In this document: in pieces, positions 7,858 to 17,449 of the stretch
How the letters are laid out: every line of letters begins with the position of its first letter
Numbering within the stretch: the first letter of the stretch is position 1
Source: a virus
Lineage: Duplodnaviria > Caudoviricetes
Reading direction: 5' to 3' (one strand)
Length of the DNA stretch: 32,170 bases
Virus record (IMG/VR): IMGVR_UViG_3300043774_000051
Location: 1 to 32,170 of that record
Position numbers and translations under genes: made by a program
Notes under the pieces: generated by a model
The model's database searches: none
Told to the model about the DNA's origin: nothing
What the model saw: the letters and a program-made list of their open reading frames with translations, nothing else

Positions 7858-10511
7858 TATCCGCCTCCTGTGTTTACTGTGTTTAATATTTGCCAATTCC
7901 CTTTGTAAGCTACAAACCAAACGCAATGGTGATTTTGTAAGTTGTAACTTGCACCGCCATTAACTAGGTTAGCTTCATTTATTGGGTATATCCTTATTGA
8001 GCCACCATGAATATTCTTAACGATTATTATAGGGTCACCTGTTAATGGTTGAATAGTTTCCGCATTTGGCAAATAAACATCTCCATTAGTTTCAATAAAG
8101 TTTATATCACTACCGAATTGCAAAAACATTATAGATGCAGTTTGCTCTTTAGTTCTAAATTGAGTTCTTGCCTGCGAGTCAAAATAGTCTGTATTGTCCG
8201 CCCTAACATACATTGGCATTTCTTCATCTGCTATAACTCCACCACTTCCACCATTACCTGTGCCTGATACCAACGTAAACGCAGGTGCAGTTTTAAGTTT
8301 CAATAGTTCAATCTCTACCAAGCCATCTGAGTTCAAATCGTGCTTAATAGTGTATAGCCTATAATACTGCTTATTGAGTAAGTAAATCTTTCTAAAACTT
8401 AGTGCATTAAACTCAACTTCATTTAGCTGAAACTTAGCCGTGATAATTTTGGAATCCTTATCGGTAATTTCTTCAATAGTTTTTTTCCAATATCTATTAA
8501 ATAAGTTACCATTCGTGTAGGCAGTTGAACCAATTCCGTAATTAATGGCTTTAGGTTGTGCAAATCCTAAATCAAACGTAGGTGCTGAGGTGCTGTCTAA
8601 CATTCCTGCATAAGGGAATCCAACTATAATAAATGAAGTTCCACTTAGTTTAGTTTTTATTTGCCATCCTTGACTAGTTGCAACTAAGCCGCCATAGATT
8701 AGCATTCTTATATTGTAGCTTGGTAGTTCGCTATTCCCGCTATTTGGGTCTAGTTTCCTAATCTTGGTAAATATTCTGTCATGATATCCGTTTGAGTTGG
8801 CTAATGGTGAAGGGCTGAATCCAATCTCTACTATATTGGTTTGGGTTAAAAAGTCATTTTGAACTGCATATTTTTTAGTACTATACACCTCTCCAAATAG
8901 TTCCTGATATTTAGTGTTGTATTCGTCTTTATCCTCTTTGTACTTTAAAACCAAATCCCTAAAGTCAAGAACTCCCATCGGATTAATCATAACCTCGCTG
9001 CTTACGTCTAAGTTATTTGTAATGTCCACAACATCCGAAGTGTAGAAATCATCTCTAGGCTCAATGATTAATTTGTTTGCGTCTATTGTATCTGGGATTG
9101 CATAAAGATTAAACGCCCTAAACAACCAAGTTAAAAAATCCTTTTGCTTTATCTCTCTTGGTAAAACTGAACTAATATTTATAATGTCACCCTCAGTATA
9201 TTTACTGCTTGGTGAGTTTCTAAAAACTCCGTTTTGCAATATATCTACTTTAACAAATGATGGATTAAGAGTTGAAAACCATATAAAATCAATGTAAAGT
9301 TCATCGCCTGAATCTGTGTCTATTTCCTTGCTAGTAATAAATAAAGGTAGTGTAAGAGTTCCACTTGAAACAAGTCCGCCAGCATTAAAGTTTAATTGCA
9401 TTGTGCCTATTGTTGTGGCTATACCACCCCTCTTACGTATTATATCAAAACCTACTGCAATGGTAGTTCCTGCTGCAAAAGTTCCGCCTGATATATTTGT
9501 GACTTTTATATTAGCCTCAAAACTAACAATCATTTGTGATGCAGTTGTTGTATTTACATCTACTTTGTCGGTTGAAATATCTACGCTTACGGGGTCTGTA
9601 TCTTGTACGATTGTGTCAAAGTTATATCTTTTTATATCGCTTAACCCTCCACTTGTCCTTGTGGTTGTATAAGATACATCGTTTGAATTTTCTACAATAA
9701 AAGTTCTATCATTTACAATGCTTTCGCTTGATGTGAAACTACCACCTGTAAAAGGAACTATTAACTTTTTGAATATTAGCGAATCAAAGAATCTTGAATC
9801 GTAACGATAGCCTGCTGCACTAAATATCTTATCAACTATTTGTTTAATATAAATTGCAGGATACATAGTCTTTTCAAGTTCGTACTCTAACTCAGATGCT
9901 ACGTTATTTACTATCGTGCTAAGTCCGTTATCAATTAAGGGATAAACGTAACCTTCGCCCGTTGGGCTTCCACTTAAAAAGTTTACATAGCTTGAGCCAT
10001 TTTTAATAATGCTAGTTGCCCAACTATTGGTGACGTTGTTAATAGTCCAAGCGTGGTTATATTCTGACAAGTCAATTTCTGACAACTTTTTATCGCCTAA
10101 GTCTTGGAATAGGTTTGCAAGTTTGCCAATAATAACCAACTCAAACTCGGCTTCTTGGTCGTTTACAGGTATCTGAGTTAGCTGCAAATTACCACGCATT
10201 AAGATTATACCACTACGAATTATTAATGCCTCAGACTTCAAGTTTACGTTAAAGTCAGGATTAAAGTTAGTTGCAGTTCTATTACTTGTCGACCTGTTTA
10301 AGTCTTGGATGTTTGAAAAGATTGCTCTATTGTTTGCCGTTGCAGGAACTTTGATAGGTAGCGTGTAGTCACTCTTTCTTTTTTCAGGTTCTTTAATATC
10401 AATAATTGACTTATTAACAGGAATAGGGATGTTATCGTACAAGTCTAAAATGAAAGTTTTGACAACTTGCCCATTTAAGTATTGAAGTATTTTTATTTCG
10501 GTTTGCATCAT
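7857..10511 (-). CDS. Large tail tip / baseplate hub protein
   Basis: 884 aa, beta-rich; LDLY....I...KSI.DI and YVYPLID.G motifs; lies in the tail module. Confidence 0.7.
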   Translation of the reverse strand: MMQTEIKILQYLNGQVVKTFILDLYDNIPIPVNKSIIDIKEPEKRKSDYTLPIKVPATANNRAIFSNIQDLNRSTSNRTATNFNPDFNVNLKSEALIIRSGIILMRGNLQLTQIPVNDQEAEFELVIIGKLANLFQDLGDKKLSEIDLSEYNHAWTINNVTNSWATSIIKNGSSYVNFLSGSPTGEGYVYPLIDNGLSTIVNNVASELEYELEKTMYPAIYIKQIVDKIFSAAGYRYDSRFFDSLIFKKLIVPFTGGSFTSSESIVNDRTFIVENSNDVSYTTTRTSGGLSDIKRYNFDTIVQDTDPVSVDISTDKVDVNTTTASQMIVSFEANIKVTNISGGTFAAGTTIAVGFDIIRKRGGIATTIGTMQLNFNAGGLVSSGTLTLPLFITSKEIDTDSGDELYIDFIWFSTLNPSFVKVDILQNGVFRNSPSSKYTEGDIINISSVLPREIKQKDFLTWLFRAFNLYAIPDTIDANKLIIEPRDDFYTSDVVDITNNLDVSSEVMINPMGVLDFRDLVLKYKEDKDEYNTKYQELFGEVYSTKKYAVQNDFLTQTNIVEIGFSPSPLANSNGYHDRIFTKIRKLDPNSGNSELPSYNIRMLIYGGLVATSQGWQIKTKLSGTSFIIVGFPYAGMLDSTSAPTFDLGFAQPKAINYGIGSTAYTNGNLFNRYWKKTIEEITDKDSKIITAKFQLNEVEFNALSFRKIYLLNKQYYRLYTIKHDLNSDGLVEIELLKLKTAPAFTLVSGTGNGGSGGVIADEEMPMYVRADNTDYFDSQARTQFRTKEQTASIMFLQFGSDINFIETNGDVYLPNAETIQPLTGDPIIIVKNIHGGSIRIYPINEANLVNGGASYNLQNHHCVWFVAYKGNWQILNTVNTGGG

Positions 10512-11689
10512 AGCGATTGTCTGTAATTATCGAATGAATACTCAATGCTGATTTGAAGGTTTGGAATCTGTCTGCCTTGCTCATACTTACGTTTGACGTA
10601 ATTGTTTGCCACTATGTTAACAGGCACGTAACTTGTCGCACTCGTTTCCAACATAACCACTGGGCTAACTACTAGCTGCTCAAGTGCTGCTGATTCTGCA
10701 TCGGTCAATAAGTCTGAGTTAAGTGTAATCCGTTCAGTTAGCTTGGTGAAGTATTTTGTTTTGAGTCTGTCTGTTTTCTGGTAGCCTAATGCCTGAACCT
10801 TTTTATATTCTTTGTTTTCTATCTCCACGCTTTCTGTGCTTACCATTGTAAAGTTAAACGCATCAAATCCACCCAATGAGTTTAGCCAATGCAAACGATA
10901 CACCTCGTAATTTGCGCATGAACTATCTACATCTATGGTTTTAGTAAATACTAATTCATCGCTGCTATTCTTTATGTCCACTCTGTAATATGCTGCACCT
11001 GCAATAGATACACCCATAAAAGTCAAGAACGATTCGCCAATGTTTAACGATACGATTCCTGTTGCTGCCGTGTAAGTTGAATAAGAACTCGAATCTATTG
11101 AACTACCTGCACTATTGTAAACATTTACATCTACTATAAATATCTCATTGCTTAAATCAAAAAAGGTAAGGAATCTTTGTTGACCTATTCTAATCTTTTC
11201 TCTGTATGAGTTATCGTTTAAGCTAACTTTATTAGTTGTCTTTAATTGTTTGCCAGGACTAAATGCAGTTTTAGTCCAATCTAAGAAGTCAAAGATTGCA
11301 TTGCTGCCTAGCTTAGGGCTGCCACTTGTTCCAAACTGAGCTAGGTTAGGATAGATAACAGGCACTCCACTTGCATTATCGTATATCTCGCCTAGTTGCA
11401 ACCAATACCTAGCTTGTGAATTAACGCAAGGCACTATATCGGTAGAGTTGAATCCGCCAAAATCAAAGGTAACGTAGTTCTTAACTATGTCTGCCACGTT
11501 TATTTGAACAGTTCCCACTAGCGGTTGCTTAGGTAAAGTCAATCTAGTTACAGGATTGCTTTGTCCGCTTACGTTTACATCGCATAAGAACTGGTAATTA
11601 GGCTGCGTGCTATTACCACCACTTACACCTATCACTATTTCATTAAATAAGTTTTGCCAATTATTAGGGCTTTCTATTATTGTTATCAT
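10508..11689 (-). CDS. Minor tail protein (distal-tail-like)
   Basis: 393 aa with WLN.LGGFD.FNF and L..L..SP.V motifs; ATGA-coupled to both neighbours. Confidence 0.6.
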   Translation of the reverse strand: MITIIESPNNWQNLFNEIVIGVSGGNSTQPNYQFLCDVNVSGQSNPVTRLTLPKQPLVGTVQINVADIVKNYVTFDFGGFNSTDIVPCVNSQARYWLQLGEIYDNASGVPVIYPNLAQFGTSGSPKLGSNAIFDFLDWTKTAFSPGKQLKTTNKVSLNDNSYREKIRIGQQRFLTFFDLSNEIFIVDVNVYNSAGSSIDSSSYSTYTAATGIVSLNIGESFLTFMGVSIAGAAYYRVDIKNSSDELVFTKTIDVDSSCANYEVYRLHWLNSLGGFDAFNFTMVSTESVEIENKEYKKVQALGYQKTDRLKTKYFTKLTERITLNSDLLTDAESAALEQLVVSPVVMLETSATSYVPVNIVANNYVKRKYEQGRQIPNLQISIEYSFDNYRQSL

Positions 11690-12306
11690 CTTGTCAAGTT
11701 TATCTCTACACTTACTATTATTTGTTTACCGAATTTCTCAGCTATTGCGTTGCTCATTCTTGTAACCTCTGAATCACTAATGGCGGTGTCTATAAAATAG
11801 GTCGGCTTTATTCCGTTCTGCTTTATTCCAAACGCTATCGCTGTGGCTCGTTTTCTTTTCTCATCTATCTGAGCCTTTGCCCTTGCTCTTTTAGTTAGGT
11901 TTCTAGTTTGGCTGTATCTTGAATCTAGCGGAATACCTTTTTTAGTTATCCACCTCATTAAGTTGTCGACCATTGGCTTGCTTGGGAATCTAGTCCTAAA
12001 ACTATAAATTGAGCCATGCTTAGTTCTTAAACCATTTACACCACTATTTACAAAGAAGGCATAATCATTACCTTCGATTGCTACATAGTATTCATTCCCT
12101 GCCACGCTTACAGGCATAGCAACAATAGACTGCTTCAACTCTGAATCCCTTAAGTCGACTTGGTCTAGGTTACTCTTTAACGCCTCGCTTAGTTCATTAG
12201 CCACGTTAAACAATGACCGCCCAATAAAGGTGTCAAACTTAATATTTTCAATAGGAACGTAATCTTCACCTATTGAACCAAGTAGTGCCTCATAGTTTAC
12301 GCTCAT
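11686..12306 (-). CDS. Putative neck / tail completion protein
   Basis: Basic protein with Y..FVN.GV.G, L..W...KGI and I...GIKPT.F motifs resembling gp10-like completion proteins. Confidence 0.55.
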   Translation of the reverse strand: MSVNYEALLGSIGEDYVPIENIKFDTFIGRSLFNVANELSEALKSNLDQVDLRDSELKQSIVAMPVSVAGNEYYVAIEGNDYAFFVNSGVNGLRTKHGSIYSFRTRFPSKPMVDNLMRWITKKGIPLDSRYSQTRNLTKRARAKAQIDEKRKRATAIAFGIKQNGIKPTYFIDTAISDSEVTRMSNAIAEKFGKQIIVSVEINLTR

Positions 12307-12517
12307 TGTCTTCTCTATCTATTTGGTAACATATTAAGTTTAAAAATTCAATCACATTCATTTTAAAGAAGTATTCCCACTTTGTAGCATCTCTATTTGC
12401 GAGGTTATCGATTGTAACGATGTAGCCCCATTTGGATTCAAATCCTTTACTATCGCCTCCACTTCCGCCTCCAAAGAGGTTCTTATATGAATAGATAATT
12501 CGTGTAAGACCTTGCAA
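12290..12517 (-). CDS. -1 frame extension of the tail assembly chaperone (GT-like product)
   Basis: The ORF begins inside a T9 run (12516-12524) in the -1 frame of 12358..12993, has no good independent start, and ends overlapping the next gene. Confidence 0.7.
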   Translation of the reverse strand: MQGLTRIIYSYKNLFGGGSGGDSKGFESKWGYIVTIDNLANRDATKWEYFFKMNVIEFLNLICYQIDREDNERKL

Positions 12518-12993
12518 AAAAAAACCAGAAGAGGTTGTGCATCTTTCATTGTCATCTTCTCAAACACTAGGTCGCTTATCTCTTTGTGTGCTTTGCCATC
12601 GTATGCCGCTACCTTTCCAAATCGCCAAGTCATAGGCTTTAGGAATACCGCTATAAACTTGTGAAGTTCCTTTTCTGCTACCTTGCTAAATGCTGAGGCA
12701 TCAATAAATTGGTCGGTGGTTATCTTCATTATATCCGTGTCAACTGCAAACCACTTACCGCTAATCTTTATTTTTTTTTTAATCTTGTAACCGCTCAAGT
12801 TATCTTCAATCGCTTTTAAACGCTCCACGTAATCCATAAAGATAGTATGAGGCAAAGCCTTAATTGATTCGATTGGTTGCCTTAAAACGATTGAAACACG
12901 CCTCTGCAAGTATTCTAATTCACTTTCGTATGGCATCTGTGCCAATGTGCTAACGTATTCCTTGATGGTTATTTCTTTGAACTCCCGCTCCAT
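12358..12993 (-). CDS. Tail assembly chaperone (G-like product)
   Basis: Contains the slippery run GTT TTT TTT TGC near its 3' end; first gene of the tail operon. Confidence 0.65.
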   Translation of the reverse strand: MEREFKEITIKEYVSTLAQMPYESELEYLQRRVSIVLRQPIESIKALPHTIFMDYVERLKAIEDNLSGYKIKKKIKISGKWFAVDTDIMKITTDQFIDASAFSKVAEKELHKFIAVFLKPMTWRFGKVAAYDGKAHKEISDLVFEKMTMKDAQPLLVFFCKVLHELSIHIRTSLEAEVEAIVKDLNPNGATSLQSITSQIEMLQSGNTSLK

Positions 12994-12998
12994 AGTAT

Positions 12999-13006
12999 TA
13001 AATATA
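12999..13006 (-). promoter_or_regulatory. Putative late promoter motif TATATTTA-N5-ATG
   Basis: Ends 5 nt before the ATG at 12993. Confidence 0.65.
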
Positions 13007-13045
13007 TTATTTTAGTTTTGTGTAATTGTTTTTTTAACTTGTTGA

Positions 13046-14209
13046 TTATGCTCGCATTATGGTATACTTGCCAGAGTTTTTTTCTTGAAGTTTCATTAGT
13101 GCAAGATAACGTGCGCTGTCTATTAAGTGATTATTAAAGTCGATTGGTTCGTTTAGCGTGTGACCTGCTTTGTCTATTTTCCACTTGTAAGTTCTAAACT
13201 CTCTAAGTAGATTTGAACCGATTAAGTTTAGCTTGTAACGCCTTAGAATATCGATTGAATTAATAATCGAATCCTTTCCTTTTGCAGTTGGTTTAATATT
13301 GTAACCTAAACGATACACTTCTTCAATACTTTTAGGCTCGGCACTATCTGCAAATATCTCATCCCTACGTTCTACACCAATGTTCCTTAACTTGTCTGCT
13401 ACGTCTTGGTTAGTTAGTCCACGCTCGTAAAGTTCTTCACGAATGTATAGTTCTTGGTTATACTTGTAAAACGAAACTACTGCCGTAGGGTCATTGCTAA
13501 AACCCCAATCTAAACCATAACCGATAAAGGTTGCATCTTGTGGCACTTGGTAGCCCTCTGTAAAGTTATTAAAGACTAAACCTTTTAGCTGCCCTCTTTG
13601 CCCTAATCCAAATATTTTCCAATACTCAGGGTCGGCACTCTCTAATTGCTCAATCTCTTTTTTAAGTGATTCGGGTAAATGTGGGTTATCCTTGTAGGTA
13701 GTGATTAATAGTTTTGCATCCTCTCTAGGAATCACTTGCTCATAAATCCAATGTTCAAAGTCCGATGGGTTATAATCGATAATTACTTTGCCTGTTGTCC
13801 TTAGTAGCAACTGTCTCCAATCTTCAAGTTCTAACTCGTTGGCTTCATTGGCAAATAGGATATCACGCTTACGCCCTCTTATCTTGCTTGCATCGTCTAC
13901 ACTAAAGAACTCGATTAGGTTGTCATTAAGCAGGTAAGTGTTCTCAGTCTTGTTGTGGTTAGCCTCTGAGTATAGTTCAGCCTCCTTTAGTATATCGAAG
14001 AAGTCACGCATTGAACTTGCCTTTAACGCAGGCAAAGTTTTACGCACTATTGAATAGGTTAGTCCTGTATGCTCTACGCAGGTTCTAACAATCCATTGCA
14101 AGGCTGAATAGGTCTTTCCACTTCTACTCCCACCTTGAAGGATTGCTATTCTTTTTCGGTCTACCTTAAACGTATTATCAATATGAACTAAGTTAGGATT
14201 AAACCTCAT
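13046..14209 (-). CDS. terL: Terminase large subunit (PBSX/Terminase_3-like)
   Basis: Walker A GGSRSGKT, Walker B-like LFANEANE, DYNP, TYKDNP, nuclease motifs GLDWGFSNDP, ADSAEP and NHLIDSARY. Confidence 0.95.
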   Translation of the reverse strand: MRFNPNLVHIDNTFKVDRKRIAILQGGSRSGKTYSALQWIVRTCVEHTGLTYSIVRKTLPALKASSMRDFFDILKEAELYSEANHNKTENTYLLNDNLIEFFSVDDASKIRGRKRDILFANEANELELEDWRQLLLRTTGKVIIDYNPSDFEHWIYEQVIPREDAKLLITTYKDNPHLPESLKKEIEQLESADPEYWKIFGLGQRGQLKGLVFNNFTEGYQVPQDATFIGYGLDWGFSNDPTAVVSFYKYNQELYIREELYERGLTNQDVADKLRNIGVERRDEIFADSAEPKSIEEVYRLGYNIKPTAKGKDSIINSIDILRRYKLNLIGSNLLREFRTYKWKIDKAGHTLNEPIDFNNHLIDSARYLALMKLQEKNSGKYTIMRA

Positions 14210-14636
14210 TGTTCTCGATAGGTGCTTTTAACCATTCAGGCATTTTATTAATGTTAATGTTTTGCTCGTTCTGAACCTTCTCTGTCAATCCATTTAGTCG
14301 CTGAGTTATGCTTGCGTTATACTGCCCAACCATGCCGCCTTGAATTTGGTCATCCTTGATAGCTTTGCGTATGCGTGAGCAGATAGTTTGATAATCGGTG
14401 TACCTTTGTTCAGTATTTGCAAAATATTGGCTTAAATCGCTTATAATGCCGTTATCGTAACAATAGCACTCAAACCCATCTAAAGTAAGAGGTCTTTCCA
14501 ATAGTTCATAATCGCTTACTCCATCCTTACCTACAAAAACGTGCTTCTTTCTTGGATTACTTTTAACCTCATTCTTATAAGCCTCAAAGTGTTCCCACAT
14601 CTTCTCTGGCGTTTCTATGTATTTATTCTTTCCCAT
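14199..14636 (-). CDS. terS: Terminase small subunit (P22 gp3-like); start revised to 14636
   Basis: TPE.MW..FE.Y, RPLTL.GF and YNA.I..RL.GL motifs; overlaps the terL start. The internal ATG at 14636 avoids overlap with the upstream gene and carries the late motif. Confidence 0.85.
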   Translation of the reverse strand: MGKNKYIETPEKMWEHFEAYKNEVKSNPRKKHVFVGKDGVSDYELLERPLTLDGFECYCYDNGIISDLSQYFANTEQRYTDYQTICSRIRKAIKDDQIQGGMVGQYNASITQRLNGLTEKVQNEQNININKMPEWLKAPIENNEV

Positions 14637-14641
14637 ATCTA

Positions 14642-14649
14642 TAAATATA
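14642..14649 (-). promoter_or_regulatory. Putative late promoter motif TATATTTA-N5-ATG
   Basis: Ends 5 nt before the ATG at 14636. Confidence 0.6.
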
Positions 14650-15708
14650 TTATTTGCTCGATATAATACTTTCATAGTATTCCATTCGATACTTACGCCA
14701 TAACGCTTCATTGCTATTTTGCATCACATCTTCTTTTAGTTGACTGCCTAAGTCTTTTCTTAACTCAGGGTTCTCAATCAATCTACGCATTGCTTTGTAC
14801 CAATCTTTTTTACCTGCCACTAAACAATTCTTGCCGTGTTTGCTCATCCATTGATACGATTCAACATCCGAAACGATTACACCTAAACCGAATGCACCCA
14901 TCTCGAGCATCTTTAATTCAGACTTTGCTCTATTGAACTCGTTGTATCTTAAAGGAATCAATCCGATGTCCATTAAATTATACGCCTGTGCATAGCTGTA
15001 CACATCTGCTGCGTTTATCCTTCCGTAATTGTTATCGTCTAGTATGTAGTTTGAAGTAAAAATCTTTTCGTACTTGTGCCAAATCGAATCACCATCATAG
15101 AAGCCAGCAAGCATAAACTTGTAATCCTTGTAAGGACTTTTATTTAAAGATAGGATTTCGCCTTCTATAAGTTGCAAATCTTCTAGGTGAGTTACTGAAC
15201 CACTCCACCCAATGTTAACCAACTCGGACTTTATTGCTGCAATCTCTGGGTTAGGTATGAATTGAGGCTGTTCAAAGTCGATAGTGTTTGGGAAGACTTC
15301 TACGTTCTTGTTGAACTGCGACACCACATATTTAAGGTAAGGAGTAGTTACCATTATAGCATCTGCTTGGGTAAAGTTGTAAATCAATGCCTCAGCCCTA
15401 TGGTTTAGCTTCCACTCTTTTTTTAAAACGTGGCTATCGCTTAATTGGTAATGGTCATCCGTATCTATTATAACGGGTATGCCTAATCGTTTTAGAATCT
15501 TCCATACGTTTTCCTCGTTGCCTATTCTAGATATTGACCTGCTCGCAATAATTAAATCGAATTGCGATAGCTGCGATTCAGGAACGTGGTCTATACTCGC
15601 CATCTGACTGACATCGTGTCCTTGCAAGTGCATCTTAGAATGAGGAACGATTAAGCGATGGTATTCGCCACCCATTATTTTTTGACCTGTTACTAATAGT
15701 ATTCTCAT
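14650..15708 (-). CDS. Glycosyltransferase (GT-B fold, GT4-like)
   Basis: YHRL..P, IDTDD, AD.I.VTT..L, V.PN, IGW.GS.TH..DL, DIGLIPL....FNR.KSELK.LE and VIVSDV..Y motifs. Confidence 0.85.
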   Translation of the reverse strand: MRILLVTGQKIMGGEYHRLIVPHSKMHLQGHDVSQMASIDHVPESQLSQFDLIIASRSISRIGNEENVWKILKRLGIPVIIDTDDHYQLSDSHVLKKEWKLNHRAEALIYNFTQADAIMVTTPYLKYVVSQFNKNVEVFPNTIDFEQPQFIPNPEIAAIKSELVNIGWSGSVTHLEDLQLIEGEILSLNKSPYKDYKFMLAGFYDGDSIWHKYEKIFTSNYILDDNNYGRINAADVYSYAQAYNLMDIGLIPLRYNEFNRAKSELKMLEMGAFGLGVIVSDVESYQWMSKHGKNCLVAGKKDWYKAMRRLIENPELRKDLGSQLKEDVMQNSNEALWRKYRMEYYESIISSK

Positions 15709-16460
15709 TTTATTGCATTAATTAATCCTTCAGTATTCCATAACTCAAAGTATTCTCCACCCGCAGGTATTACGTTGGGCGCATAGTAGCATACCTCTAA
15801 TGCTCGCTTACACTTTAACGATTCAGCTATTGCAAAGTTCATAGATTGATTCCCGATAAATAGTTTTGAGTTGTTTATTATCCTTGCTAAGTCTAAGAAG
15901 TTTTCTACTGCTAGGTATTTGCAGTTAACTTTTTGACTGAATATAGAATACTCAGCAGTTGAACCTGTGAAGTAAATCGTTTCCTTAAAGTCATTTAAAA
16001 TAGTGTAATCAATGTTTGGGTTTTGATAGCGTTCAGTTCTATTTACCACTATGTAATCATTTAACATAGTATCAATGTGCAATATCCGCTCTGAGTAATC
16101 CACATTCGTTAACTCAGGAAACGCTAAAGCATACCATCGTTTTATATCGTAGGCAGCTAGGTTCATTCCTATACTCCTGAACTTGTCTAGGTCGTAATCT
16201 ACTTTCTGATTCCTATAAGGTAACACATCGTAAATAAAGTCAAATTCCATTAGTAAAGGTCTGAGCATCTTGTAAGCGTAATCGTTCAGCATCACATCTC
16301 CGTAAGCGTGTTTAAACGCAGGGTTCGTACCTAAGTTAGGTGCGTTAATGTTAACGTATAGAATCGCCTCTTTGCCGTGTATCTCGCAGGCTTTCTGAAT
16401 GGCAGGCATAGAGTAGAGTATATCTCCACTTGCTCCCGAATGTTTAAATTTTAGATTCAT
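15705..16460 (-). CDS. Glycosyltransferase family 9-like protein (start revised to 16460)
   Basis: HSG..GDILY..PAI N-terminus and L.LARII....LFIGNQS...AIAE.L motif resemble GT9 heptosyltransferase-like enzymes. Confidence 0.7.
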   Translation of the reverse strand: MNLKFKHSGASGDILYSMPAIQKACEIHGKEAILYVNINAPNLGTNPAFKHAYGDVMLNDYAYKMLRPLLMEFDFIYDVLPYRNQKVDYDLDKFRSIGMNLAAYDIKRWYALAFPELTNVDYSERILHIDTMLNDYIVVNRTERYQNPNIDYTILNDFKETIYFTGSTAEYSIFSQKVNCKYLAVENFLDLARIINNSKLFIGNQSMNFAIAESLKCKRALEVCYYAPNVIPAGGEYFELWNTEGLINAIK

Positions 16461-16668
16461 AGTCTTCAAATGCGTTAAATACTTTGTGAATTAATTCGTT
16501 CTGGCAGTTACCGCAATGAATGTTTGCAGTTACATATCCGAACAAATCTTTGTGCGCTTGTTGAAATGCTAATATCTCTAAACCGCTCCACTTCATAGCG
16601 TGATTGGTTTTAAACGTCAACCATCTTTCTTTAAATGGTTTTAATCTTTCGTATTGTTCTTGGTTCAT
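16444..16668 (-). CDS. Hypothetical protein with CxxC motif
   Basis: 74 aa, HCGNC; coupled to its neighbours. Confidence 0.6.
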   Translation of the reverse strand: MNQEQYERLKPFKERWLTFKTNHAMKWSGLEILAFQQAHKDLFGYVTANIHCGNCQNELIHKVFNAFEDYESKI

Positions 16669-16925
16669 ACGTTTAGGTATTTAGAAATAAAAGCACTCAT
16701 AACGCTACTAGCGCACCCAATCATAAAAGAATCAACAAATCCATTGCTTGAATACAAAGAGTAGCTTAAACCGCCCCAAAATGCCATACAGAATGAACAT
16801 CCAAAGGGTTTAGGTAACTGCTCCCCAAAAAGTTTGCCGTATACGTTGGTTAAGAAATCACTCGCACCAATCCCGAAGGATGCACTAAGTGTTGTAAGAG
16901 TCAGAAAAGTTTTTAAATCTGTCAT
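16665..16925 (-). CDS. Small membrane protein with CxxC (DUF1360-like)
   Basis: Hydrophobic segments and KPF.CSFCM.FW motif; the ATG at 16925 is preferred over the TTG at 16934. Confidence 0.6.
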   Translation of the reverse strand: MTDLKTFLTLTTLSASFGIGASDFLTNVYGKLFGEQLPKPFGCSFCMAFWGGLSYSLYSSNGFVDSFMIGCASSVMSAFISKYLNV

Positions 16926-17436
16926 AATTTTCAAGTTTTAGTTTTTTAATTGTTTTTTGTATCGTGTATTGGACTGCTCCATATTTAATGCCAGTCATTA
17001 CTGATATCTTCCTGAACTCGCCAATGTCAATGTATAACTTCAATAATGTTTGGTCATACCAATCTAAAGAATCAATCTTGTCTTTTACTTCTTGTGTGAA
17101 ACTTTGAAATACATCCTCCCTATTTTCTAGTTCAGGGTCTAAGTCACCTTCCAATCCAATCAACAAGTCTATGCTCTCGGTTTGGTCGTTGTGCCTATAC
17201 TTGCGGTAAAATGGCGAGTGCTTCGAGTTCCAAGAGTTGTGTGCTATCTTTACGAATAAGAACTTTAAATACTTTTTTTCTTTTGCCTCAAGTATTTTCT
17301 CATCAGGCATATCCAAAAGATTAATAATAACCTCGTGAAACAAGTCTTCAAATAAAGCAGGTGAGGCTATGTTCCTGCATACATTTCGGTAAGCAGAGTC
17401 TTTGTAGATAGCCTCTATGATTTGTGCTTTATTCAT
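16885..17436 (-). CDS. ECF-type sigma-70-like factor (candidate late transcription regulator)
   Basis: EDL.HEV...L region-2-like motif and a region-4 HTH (L.WYDQTLLKLY...FRKIS..TGI....V..TI). Confidence 0.75.
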   Translation of the reverse strand: MNKAQIIEAIYKDSAYRNVCRNIASPALFEDLFHEVIINLLDMPDEKILEAKEKKYLKFLFVKIAHNSWNSKHSPFYRKYRHNDQTESIDLLIGLEGDLDPELENREDVFQSFTQEVKDKIDSLDWYDQTLLKLYIDIGEFRKISVMTGIKYGAVQYTIQKTIKKLKLENYDRFKNFSDSYNT

Positions 17437-17449
17437 TAGTAGTGTATTA

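Noticed and set aside
12771-12780. A10 run (minus strand) in the chaperone gene as a second slippage site
   Set aside because: It is explained by Lys codons (KIKKKIK), and the ORF track shows no long alternative frame starting there.
14637-14711. N-terminal extension of terS in the ORF track
   Set aside because: It overlaps the glycosyltransferase gene; the ATG at 14636 has the late motif at the conserved spacing.
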